From: a virus
Lineage: Duplodnaviria > Caudoviricetes
Reading direction: 5' to 3' (one strand)
IMG/VR virus record: IMGVR_UViG_3300049781_000058
Span: 1 to 47,490 of that record
Length of the DNA stretch: 47,490 nucleotides
Position numbers and translations under genes: made by a program. The notes beneath the pieces were generated by a model, which saw only the letters and a list, made by a program, of their open reading frames with translations, was not told where the DNA came from and did not search any database. Below are positions 35,401 through 42,564 of this stretch, piece after piece. Numbering within the stretch: the first letter of the stretch is position 1; every line of letters starts with the position of its first letter.

Positions 35401-36420
35401 GGCCTTCAGTGCGAGGGCGAACTGAAGCATGTGCGTGATCGCGTCGGGCGGGAGTGCCGCGACCAGCTTGGCGATCACGTTGACCACCGTCAGCATGCCC
35501 GGGCCCACGTTCGCCGCTGCCATCCCCACGGTGGACAGGGCTTGCATGACGTTGGAGAGCGTCTCGCGGACGATCGGCCCGTTGTCGCGGACGTACTGCA
35601 TGAACTCGGAGACGCCGCCGCTGATCTTCCCGGTGTTGAGGGTTCGGGTGAAGCGGATCAGCATCTCGTTGCCGCGCTGCAGCGCGCCGACGGCGAAGTC
35701 GGAGAACGAGCGCATGAACTGGTCGAACGAGCCGGACGCGACGCCACCGGCGGCGATCGTGACGAACCGGTTCAGTTCGCGGCCCGCGCCCTGCACCATT
35801 GGCGTGAGCTTGGGGAAGATCGCGCCGAAGGTCTGCAACCCCTTGGTGACGACGGGCATCGTGTTCCCGGCGAGACTGTCCGACCACTGCTGGTACTGGC
35901 CCTTGAAGGACGACAGGGCGGCTGCGGCCTCGCGGGTGGCGGGCGGCATCGTCTTGACCTGCCGCACGTACTCGGCTTGCGCTGTGAGTGCTTCCTTCGA
36001 CGCGGCGCCGTGCTGGTCGACGGCCGTCTTGTACTTCGTCTCCGCGTCTGCGGCCTCCGTGAGCGCGGTCACCTGGCCGCCGGCTGCAGCAGCGAACGCC
36101 CCGACCGCGACCGCCGCGGCGCCGACGCTGGCGGCGATCGGGGCGGCCTGCACGGCGACGGGGATGAGCGCCGGGGACAGGCCGATCGCGGTGGCCTTGA
36201 GTCTTTCCAGGACGCCGTTGAAGACGCTGCCCCCTCCGGCCGCGCGGTTGAACGCCGTGTTGATCAGGCGGGATTCTGAGACGAAGCGGCCTCGCACATC
36301 GCGCAGCCGTCCGTCTGCGGTGCGGGAGAAGTCGCGCAGCGCGCGGGCGGCGGGGTCGGTGTTGGCGTTGACGTTGATGTGGGCGTCGCCGACGAGGTTG
36401 CCGCCCGTGGGGGAGGTCAT
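32461..36420 (-). CDS. Tape measure protein
   Basis: About 1319 aa, Ala/Gly/Lys-rich and helical; IASPSK and IRSPSR motifs; follows the tail assembly chaperone. Confidence 0.92.
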   Translation of the reverse strand: MTSPTGGNLVGDAHINVNANTDPAARALRDFSRTADGRLRDVRGRFVSESRLINTAFNRAAGGGSVFNGVLERLKATAIGLSPALIPVAVQAAPIAASVGAAAVAVGAFAAAAGGQVTALTEAADAETKYKTAVDQHGAASKEALTAQAEYVRQVKTMPPATREAAAALSSFKGQYQQWSDSLAGNTMPVVTKGLQTFGAIFPKLTPMVQGAGRELNRFVTIAAGGVASGSFDQFMRSFSDFAVGALQRGNEMLIRFTRTLNTGKISGGVSEFMQYVRDNGPIVRETLSNVMQALSTVGMAAANVGPGMLTVVNVIAKLVAALPPDAITHMLQFALALKAVRLAVAAAAAVSAGVTTFAASITVMRVAAAGATGVLPKLGAAIATLSRTAKVAIAGTGIGLLLIALTELSQRSRGAPPDVDKLTTSLARLGKTGKTTGEAAKAFGTDLDGLYGKVRSLTDPSTTDDIQQFLVGWTGWDSTPVKDAKDNLGSVDNALANLVKNNQADLAAAAVKRLTAEYGKGGHDTKEFTSRLTEYKGAIEDAKFEQQLAADAMGLFGQQAQATSAKLAEQKASADGLRQAIQALNDVQRAGLGGMIGFEASIDAASKAAQENAGVLSMQNGQLTLNTDKQRAAATALSDLAAKTDEAAAANRESTGSWQGSIAVYERGRQQLVRNAMQMGLTRTEAEQLAATILKTPSKTAMLKADITDWKTKIGEAEKQLTTAKGDKKAKLTADIADWKAKVAAADLQLKGAKADKRAKLTADITDWRAKIASAESQLRTAKGEKRAKLTADIADWKSKIGSAQRQINSLPRSRSVTLTTWKITNVQTNYVPSTTRKGSAHDAVGATGGLYTGSDFKFRGKGYTDGGLVNGPGTPTSDSVFAPWLSRDEFVVNAKQTAKHLPLLRAINDDRLDMSGLAAGTASAGGEAAHGLAQGMTGGTGGVASAAQAMAAAVLDAVRRELQIASPSKKMQAIGKNTGAGFIKGLTGTKAQINSTAKSLASSITSAFRGTGSRTDDRLVRLLASGNKRLQGLAGQRDSIAKKIADANKFASDTAATARATGSLASIIQQDAFSPKYVAGQMQASLNQIKSFTSNVQKLQKKGVSKDLIKQILQMGPEQGAAFAKSLAGADAATIKKFNSLNGQISSASTALGKAGADMLYDSGRQAGKGFLTGLKAQQKDIEKLMLAIAKSMQKSIRKALGIRSPSRVMMAVGRLTMAGLGGGITRELPSIERTMGRVAGVVASGLPATSPGRTGRLAVGTQQTTGASVVHQHFYEDHYHLQNQGVIGSQIELDNWLTGSLDRLKRQRRLPAALGG
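33990..34315 (-). repeat. Four 28-aa (84-nt) tandem repeats within the tape measure protein
   Basis: Recurring L[TK]ADI[AT]DW[KR]xK unit. Confidence 0.8.
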
Positions 36421-36766
36421 GCGAGGGTCACCCCCATGGAGGCGAGGAAGGACTGGCTGGCGTCTTCGGCGCCTTGCCACCACCAGGGCGCGCTGTTGTC
36501 GACGGGCTCGATCTCGCGGCGGTCACGTCCGGGCACTGCCCATGCCGAGACTCCGAGGTCGGCGTCGAAGCGGGCTCGGGCCTGTTCCTCGGTCTGTCCG
36601 TCGCGGACGATCAGCCGCTGGAGCATCTCGGCGTAGATCGCGTTCAGGAAGCGGTCGGCTGGGAGGGTTCCGAAGTCGACGCCTCGGGCTGCGTATTCGC
36701 CGTCGAGTTGGTGCCAGACTCCGGGCTGGCAGATCCATCCGATGAGTTCGGAGACGGCTCGGTAGG
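36417..36766 (-). CDS. Tail assembly chaperone, frameshifted C-terminal extension (gpT-like)
   Basis: The -1 frame relative to 36644-37162 is protein-like (PYRAVSELIGW...DRFLNAIY) and its stop overlaps the tape measure ATG. Confidence 0.6.
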
Positions 36767-37162
36767 GCGCATGCCGTACTCCTCCAGGAGCCACATGACG
36801 ACGTCGGACATCTGGTCGTCCTCGATCGGCCGGGCCTTGTCGTTGAGGCGGCTGGCGAACCGCTCGTAGGAGTCGGGGAAGAGGGCGAGGGACAGCGCCT
36901 GCTTCAGCATCTCCCTCTGCTCCTTGTAGGAGTCGGCGTCGGCGCGGTCGTTGTAGAGGGTGACGAACTCGGCGAAGACGTCGCCGGGCAGCGCGGCGGC
37001 GGCTTCGAAGGTGTCGTCGTCGATGGTGAAGGCGAGCGTCTTGCGCTTGCGGCTGAAGTCGCGGCCCGCGGGCGGTACTGGGGCAGGAGGCTGTGCGGGT
37101 GCGGCCATGGCGGCGGCCGGCGCGGGCCCCACGCTGTTCGGGTGGGTAAGGAGTTCGGTCAT
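36644..37162 (-). CDS. Tail assembly chaperone (gpG-like)
   Basis: Upstream of the tape measure; WLLEEYGMRPT followed by a Ser-rich tail. Confidence 0.75.
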   Translation of the reverse strand: MTELLTHPNSVGPAPAAAMAAPAQPPAPVPPAGRDFSRKRKTLAFTIDDDTFEAAAALPGDVFAEFVTLYNDRADADSYKEQREMLKQALSLALFPDSYERFASRLNDKARPIEDDQMSDVVMWLLEEYGMRPTEPSPNSSDGSASPESGTNSTANTQPEASTSEPSQPTAS

Positions 37163-37169
37163 GAGCGGG

Positions 37170-37202
37170 ACGGTAGGTGCGCCCCACTCATGATCATTCC
37201 GG
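37170..37202 (-). promoter_or_regulatory. Phage late promoter motif, copy 2
   Basis: CCGGAATGATC-N16-TACCGT-N7-ATG. Confidence 0.7.
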
Positions 37203-37204
37203 GG

Positions 37205-37600
37205 TCAGAGTGCGGCCCGCAGCGCCTCGGCGAGGAAGTTGTTCGGCTTCGTCCCCGGGTGCATGACGGCCTTCGCGTACACGGTCTGCGAGCCCACCGT
37301 GAAGCGCAATGCCCGGGCCCGCATCGGCCGAATCACGTGCGGTCTCGTGCCGCCGATGACGTACAGGGTGGCCGGGTGCCGGGAGTTGATGACGCCCTGG
37401 AAGTCGCCGCCCGGGCCGCGCCGGATCGCGACGGTGATGTTGCGGCCGTCGCCCATGCTGCCGGGCGCCCGCTGCCGTGCGACGGCTTCGACGCGCTGCA
37501 CGCGGCGCTCCATGTTCCGGTACACGAGGCCGCCGGGCAGGCGGAGCATCCGCTCGATGGCGGTGCGGTGGAGGTCGAAGCTCGTCGACACGGTGAACAT
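37205..37600 (-). CDS. HK97 gp10-like neck / tail completion protein
   Basis: ATG at 37600; GTRPHVIRP..ALRF..HPGTKPNNFL. Confidence 0.7.
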   Translation of the reverse strand: MFTVSTSFDLHRTAIERMLRLPGGLVYRNMERRVQRVEAVARQRAPGSMGDGRNITVAIRRGPGGDFQGVINSRHPATLYVIGGTRPHVIRPMRARALRFTVGSQTVYAKAVMHPGTKPNNFLAEALRAAL

Positions 37601-37602
37601 CG

Positions 37603-38109
37603 TCAGTTCCTCGGCAGGCCGACGACGGCGCGGAGTTCGTTGCCGCCGCACGCACCGGACGGCCCCTGCGGGGTGAGGGGCCGCATGAGGAAGTCGCTGA
37701 TCTCCCGGGCGTCGTTCATCTCGCACAGCGTCGTGGAGACGGCCCGCATCATCTCGTACGCGTCCTGGAGGATCTCGCGCGCGGACTCGTCGAGCGCGCC
37801 CGTGGTGGGCGGCTCGCCGACGTCGTCGACGGTCGGCGTGCACCGCACGACCTGCATGATGATCTCGGCCGCCTCCCATGGTGCGTCGCATCCGTTGCCG
37901 ACCCGGGCCTGTACCGGGTTGGGGAACTGCTCGGTGGGATGGATCTGGCCGACGGACACAGCGAGGAGACCGCAGTCGCAGGCGTCCCAGGCGATCGCTC
38001 CGGGGACGACGCCGTGCCGGGCTGGCGTGACGGTCAGCTCCTGGTAGATCGCCTGTTCCAGGCGGGACGCGACGGTGTGCCACTTCAGCGGACCGGAGAT
38101 CATCGGCAT
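37603..38109 (-). CDS. Head-tail joining / tail terminator-like protein
   Basis: Position in the neck module; AWDACDCG..VVRC..GPSGACGG. Confidence 0.6.
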   Translation of the reverse strand: MPMISGPLKWHTVASRLEQAIYQELTVTPARHGVVPGAIAWDACDCGLLAVSVGQIHPTEQFPNPVQARVGNGCDAPWEAAEIIMQVVRCTPTVDDVGEPPTTGALDESAREILQDAYEMMRAVSTTLCEMNDAREISDFLMRPLTPQGPSGACGGNELRAVVGLPRN

Positions 38110-38111
38110 GG

Positions 38112-38921
38112 TCAGGTCCCCGGCTTCCGTACGGTCGGCTGGTCCACCCGGTACACCCGCGACCGCTGCCGCAGCCCCGCCGGGTTCCACGTTGCGATGA
38201 ACGCGTCCACGAGGTAGAGGCCCGTGCGGCCCTGCTTGAAGAGCTCACCCACGTCCGGATACGAGATCGTCACACCCTGCCGGACCAACTGCTGTACCCC
38301 AGCTGGCAGTCGGCAGTCCTTCCCCATGGCGGCCTGCGCGAACTGGCACGCCAGCTCACCCATCGCCAGAGCGGCCCCGACGGGCAGGGGCTCGCCGTAC
38401 CGGGCCGTCACCGACCACGCGCCCTCCCCCGAGTCGACCGCCAGGTCGTTGGAGCGCGGCCAGTGGCCGCCGTCCGTCCGCACGAGGAGGCGGTTGTTGT
38501 CGAGGCGGTACGCCGAGGAGTCGAGCACGGCTCCGTCGATGACGACTTCACTCACGTCGTACACCGGTGCCGGCAGGCGCAGCTCCGACACCCGCGAGCA
38601 CGAGCAGCCCGACGAGCAGGAGCCGCAGGAAAGGTTGAACCACAGGCCGCCGATCAGCACGGGCACCGGCCAGTGACGGGCCACCCACGGCGGCCCGAAG
38701 TCGTCGTAGAAGCGGCCGTCGCCGTGGTCGTCGCGGCACGGGCGGAGGGTGATCTCGCACAGCCCGAACCGCATCCCGGTCAGCGCGTACAGGGTCTCCG
38801 TCGCCATCGACACCGCGATCCCGGTGACAGCCGGGTTGAGGGTGGAGACGTCACAGGTCCACTGCACGGGCCAGTCCGAGCAGGGGCCGCGCATGTCGCC
38901 GCTGCCGGTCGGCTGCGTCAT
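38112..38921 (-). CDS. Head-to-tail adaptor
   Basis: ATG at 38921; ELAC..CRLP..RQGVT..GRTGL..VD..NP pattern. Confidence 0.7.
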   Translation of the reverse strand: MTQPTGSGDMRGPCSDWPVQWTCDVSTLNPAVTGIAVSMATETLYALTGMRFGLCEITLRPCRDDHGDGRFYDDFGPPWVARHWPVPVLIGGLWFNLSCGSCSSGCSCSRVSELRLPAPVYDVSEVVIDGAVLDSSAYRLDNNRLLVRTDGGHWPRSNDLAVDSGEGAWSVTARYGEPLPVGAALAMGELACQFAQAAMGKDCRLPAGVQQLVRQGVTISYPDVGELFKQGRTGLYLVDAFIATWNPAGLRQRSRVYRVDQPTVRKPGT

Positions 38922-38943
38922 CGGTCCCCCTTCAGGGAGTAGG

Positions 38944-38976
38944 CGAGCCCGGTCGGCATCCACTCGACCGGGCTCG
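38944..38976 (-). terminator. Hairpin after the major tail gene
   Basis: 12-bp stem CGAGCCCGGTCG / CGACCGGGCTCG. Confidence 0.6.
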
Positions 38977-38990
38977 TGAACTGCACGCTG

Positions 38991-39668
38991 CTACGCCGCC
39001 AGAGTCGTCGGGTCGCAGGCGATCGTCGGCGGCGCGACCGTGGTGACGTTCCACACCCAGTGCTCGTCCTCCTCGATCGTCTCCCCGGCAGGCAGGTACT
39101 CCGAGCCCACCAGATCGACCCACTGAGCAGACGGGCCGCGGGTCTCCGAGGTGGTCTCCAGCGTCGAGCGGCCGTTCTCGACCATGTACGAACCGAGCTG
39201 GGTGGCACCGACGTTGGGCCACGCGTTGTAGATGTAGCGCTGCTGCCCGGATGCGTCGCATGCTCCGGCGCCGGCGACCTCCTGCCACACCTCCAGGCTG
39301 TAGCGGCGGGTGGGGTTGCCCTCGGCGAGCGCGAAGCCGGTGCCGGTGGCCGGGGTGCCGGAGACGAGCTCACGCGCGGAGATCATCAGCGACGCAGCGG
39401 AGACGTTGACCTCACAGAACTGGCTGGTGAGGTTGATGCGCTTGAGGGTGGGGTCGTCCTTCTGATTCACGCACGGGGAGCCGTCCGCGGTGCGCTCGAA
39501 GAACTCGACGCCATCCTCGTACTGGGGCTCCATGTTGACCTGAATGAAGCCCTTGGTGACGGACACCTGGCCGCTCGTGCCGGTGATGGGGACGCCGCAG
39601 GCGTCGAGTTCGATGATCCGCATGTGCGTGCCCTTGATGGGGGTGGCGCACGTGGAGTGGGTAGCCAT
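38991..39668 (-). CDS. Major tail (tube) protein
   Basis: RIIELDACG..EDGVEFFERTADGSPCV; downstream of the capsid genes and followed by a hairpin. Confidence 0.7.
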   Translation of the reverse strand: MATHSTCATPIKGTHMRIIELDACGVPITGTSGQVSVTKGFIQVNMEPQYEDGVEFFERTADGSPCVNQKDDPTLKRINLTSQFCEVNVSAASLMISARELVSGTPATGTGFALAEGNPTRRYSLEVWQEVAGAGACDASGQQRYIYNAWPNVGATQLGSYMVENGRSTLETTSETRGPSAQWVDLVGSEYLPAGETIEEDEHWVWNVTTVAPPTIACDPTTLAA

Positions 39669-39678
39669 GATCTTTCTC

Positions 39679-40557
39679 CTACTCGGTGGGCACGCCCAGG
39701 ACGATGTGCGCGGCCAGCAGGCAGCACTCGAAGCCGATCAGGTAGGTGCGCTCGGCCTGCATGCGGAGGGTGTTGGTGGTGCGGTCGAGGGACTCGTTGA
39801 CCTGCGTGAAGTACACGTCGGACCGGTAGCCGAAGGCGGCGCCGGTGGCGTAGATCCACGTCGTGCCGTCCGCCGGGGTGGAGCCGTCGGGCGCGGTGCC
39901 CGGGTAGCCGCCCCCGGCGACGATGAGGTTGCCGTTCGGTGTGACCAGGCGTCCGCCGTCACCGGGGCGGACGAGGTTCCACGCAGCCAGGGTCGGCAGC
40001 GCCTCGCGCGGCACGTGGATCAGGCCCTGGCCCTTGTAGCAGGCGGCGAGTTCCTGCTCCAGCGCGCCGAGGGCCTGTGCCGCGTCGGCGCCCGTGGCGG
40101 CCGGGGATGCGACCGGCTGGAGGACGACGTCGCCGTCCACGACCTCCGCGTCGGCCCCCAGGTGAGGGAAGACCACGGACTGGTCGGCGGCGAGGCCTGT
40201 CCAGAACGCGTTCTCCAACTGGTGCTGCTCGACGCGGGCGAGGGCGTCCTGCGCGATGGACTGTGCCTCGCCGACTCCGATCGGCGTGCACTCGAACTCG
40301 GCGATCACCGTGACCGGGGTCGCGCCCCGGTAGGCCTGCTCGACGTTGGGCGTCTTCGCGGGCGGCTCCGGCGGGGCGCCGGTGCCTGTGACCGCGAGGC
40401 ACTCGTCGTACGTCGTGTCACCGGCCGGGCAGCGCTCCACCCAGGAGACGCCCTGCTGCCAGTGCACGCCGTCCGGGCTCGGTGTCTGGACGCTGTCCCA
40501 CAGCCCCCCAGACAGGGGGGTGAACACCGTGGGCAGGTCGATGAGCTGGCGTGCCAC
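39679..40557 (-). CDS. Second capsid protein (pentamer/minor capsid-like)
   Basis: HWQQGV, LENAFW, TPNGNLIVAGGGY and WIYATG...AERTY; directly after the major capsid gene. Confidence 0.7.
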   Translation of the reverse strand: MARQLIDLPTVFTPLSGGLWDSVQTPSPDGVHWQQGVSWVERCPAGDTTYDECLAVTGTGAPPEPPAKTPNVEQAYRGATPVTVIAEFECTPIGVGEAQSIAQDALARVEQHQLENAFWTGLAADQSVVFPHLGADAEVVDGDVVLQPVASPAATGADAAQALGALEQELAACYKGQGLIHVPREALPTLAAWNLVRPGDGGRLVTPNGNLIVAGGGYPGTAPDGSTPADGTTWIYATGAAFGYRSDVYFTQVNESLDRTTNTLRMQAERTYLIGFECCLLAAHIVLGVPTE

Positions 40558-40604
40558 CGGCGTTCACCACCCTTCACTGTCGGTTCGGTTCACGGCAGGC
40601 CCGG

Positions 40605-42368
40605 TCAGACCCGGACCGTGCCGGTCAGCAGCGCGCTGGTGCTGCCGTTGACGTTGAAGCCGACCGTGTACCGGCGGGACTCGTGGCCGACCTTGGCGAT
40701 GAGGTGCGCCTCCTCGGACCAGGCGGCCGTGTGGTCGTTGGTCTCGTTGAGGACGCTGTCGCGGATGACGCCGAGGTCGAGGGTCATGCCGTTGCCGTGG
40801 ACGAAGGTGCCGGCCGCGTAGATGAGGAAGTCGGCGGTGGTGGGCCACGCGGTCATCTTCGTGGCGTTGCCGAACTGGGAGGCGCCGCGGACCTGCCAGT
40901 CGTTGACCCACTGGACGGCGATGTTGCGGGCGGTGAAGTACCGGTTGACCTCGGACAGCGGGATGTCGCCGAGCTCGACGCCGGCCTTCCACGCGAGGTC
41001 GGCCTGGATGACGTCGCGCACCCAGTACGGGAAGACGACCTCCAGGACGTCCTCGATGCACATGCCGTAGCGGGCCCGGTAGTCGGTCGCGGCGAGGCCG
41101 ACGGCGTTGTAGATCCGCGGGGCTGCGGCGTCGGTGGCGGCGCCGCCGGTGATGGCGGTGGCCGAGGTGGAGCGGGCGAGCATGAGCGCGATGAGGCGGG
41201 CGTTGATGACGTGCGCGTGCGCGGACATCAGCAGCTGGAGGGTGTTGGCGGTGGCCTCGGGGTAGGCCTCGTCGGTGAGGTTGCCTGCGGTGAGGCAGTA
41301 CCCGTACGCCTCCAGCCTTTCCTCGTCGAAGTCGGGGCAGGGGACGCGGATGCACGGCTTGGTCGGGGAGCCGGTCGCGGCGGCGATGTCGTCGGCCTCG
41401 GTCCACAGGAACGGCGTGGACGTGTTGGAGAGGGTGGCCGCGAAGCCGGCGAACGCGGTGCCGCCGCCGAGCGCGTCGGCGAGGGACGGAGAGACGGGGA
41501 ACTCGATGCCGCCGCGAGTGACGCCGAAGGTCGGCAGGTCGATGAGGCCGGACTCGCAGGCGATGTTGAAGAAGTCGTAGCGCGTCTCGGAGGGGGCGCA
41601 CCAGCCGCCGCCTGCGACGAGCGCTGCCTGCTTGTCGGGGCTCGTGAGGAACTGGATGAGTTCCTTGACCTCGCCGCGCTTGGTGCGGTTGTCGACGCTG
41701 TGGGAGAAGTCGTTGCGGATGGACGCGACGAGCTGCTCGCTGGGCTGGCCCATCGTGATGGGCATGCTCTTCGCCTTGCGGGACGTGACCTCGGCGAGCG
41801 CGGTGAGGCTGGTGAGGCCTTCGCCGCGGGCGACGCCGGGGATGTCTACCGAGGCGGTGACGGCGAGGCGCTGGGTGGGCACCTGCGGGGCGGGTGCGTG
41901 CTGCGCGGTCTCGGCGAGGGAGGCGGTCGCGCGGCGGGCGATCTCCTCGGGGCGGACGGATCCGCCGCGCCGGTCGAGCATGAACGCGGACAGGGCGGCG
42001 GTGACGCCCTGCGCGGTGGCCTGGGCGATGGCTTCGGCGTCGACGGCCGGGGCCTGCTCGGTGGTGGTGCCCGGTGCGGCGGGGGCGCCGTTGACGCGGG
42101 CCTGGAGCTGGGAGAGCTGGTCGGCGACGCGGGCCTGCTGGAGGCTTGCCTCCTGCTCGGCGCGGACCTCGCGGACGCGGAGTTCGCCGCGGATGCGGTC
42201 GAGGTCGTCGGTCAGGCGCATCGCGTAGGCGAGGGTGTCCGGGTCGACGTTGTCGATCTCGGAGACGCGGGTGAACTCGGCGACGGCTCGCGTTTCGAGT
42301 TCGGCGAGGTCGGTGTCGCTGGTGAGGGTGAGATCGGACGGGGCACTGAAGAGCTCTTCGGCTGCCAC
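40605..42368 (-). CDS. Major capsid (hexamer) protein with N-terminal scaffold-like domain
   Basis: Coiled-coil N-terminus; ALVAGGGWCAPSETRYD, KPCIRVPCP, AGNL..AYPE and LDLGVIRDS. Confidence 0.88.
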   Translation of the reverse strand: MAAEELFSAPSDLTLTSDTDLAELETRAVAEFTRVSEIDNVDPDTLAYAMRLTDDLDRIRGELRVREVRAEQEASLQQARVADQLSQLQARVNGAPAAPGTTTEQAPAVDAEAIAQATAQGVTAALSAFMLDRRGGSVRPEEIARRATASLAETAQHAPAPQVPTQRLAVTASVDIPGVARGEGLTSLTALAEVTSRKAKSMPITMGQPSEQLVASIRNDFSHSVDNRTKRGEVKELIQFLTSPDKQAALVAGGGWCAPSETRYDFFNIACESGLIDLPTFGVTRGGIEFPVSPSLADALGGGTAFAGFAATLSNTSTPFLWTEADDIAAATGSPTKPCIRVPCPDFDEERLEAYGYCLTAGNLTDEAYPEATANTLQLLMSAHAHVINARLIALMLARSTSATAITGGAATDAAAPRIYNAVGLAATDYRARYGMCIEDVLEVVFPYWVRDVIQADLAWKAGVELGDIPLSEVNRYFTARNIAVQWVNDWQVRGASQFGNATKMTAWPTTADFLIYAAGTFVHGNGMTLDLGVIRDSVLNETNDHTAAWSEEAHLIAKVGHESRRYTVGFNVNGSTSALLTGTVRV

Positions 42369-42446
42369 GTGGTCCTCCGTTGCGAAGAGGGGTTGTGCGC
42401 CCGTCGATGTTGGCGCCTATCCGCACGGAGGTTAGCGCATAGCATA

Positions 42447-42483
42447 CGGCCCGGCCAAGTGTCCAATTAACTTGACCGGGCCG
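42447..42483. promoter_or_regulatory. Inverted repeat upstream of the capsid gene (terminator or operator, overlapping a likely promoter)
   Basis: CGGCCCGGCCAAGT / ACTTGACCGGGCCG; TATGCT and TAACCT -10-like hexamers lie just downstream on the minus strand. Confidence 0.55.
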
Positions 42484-42495
42484 CATAAGTAAAGG

Positions 42496-42558
42496 TCAGG
42501 AGCTTGGTACGGGTGGCGGCGGGGGCGCCGGGCGCTTCCTCTTATTGCAACTGCACAC
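42496..42558 (-). CDS. 20-aa micropeptide MCSCNKRKRPAPPPPPVPSS
   Basis: GGGAGGTGA RBS (overlapping the upstream stop), GTG start and TGA stop. Confidence 0.5.
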   Translation of the reverse strand: MCSCNKRKRPAPPPPPVPSS

Positions 42559-42564
42559 GTTTGC

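Noticed and set aside
38918-38990. 22-codon ORF or read-through extension after the major tail gene
   Set aside because: No convincing RBS or slippery site; the region is better explained by the 12-bp hairpin.
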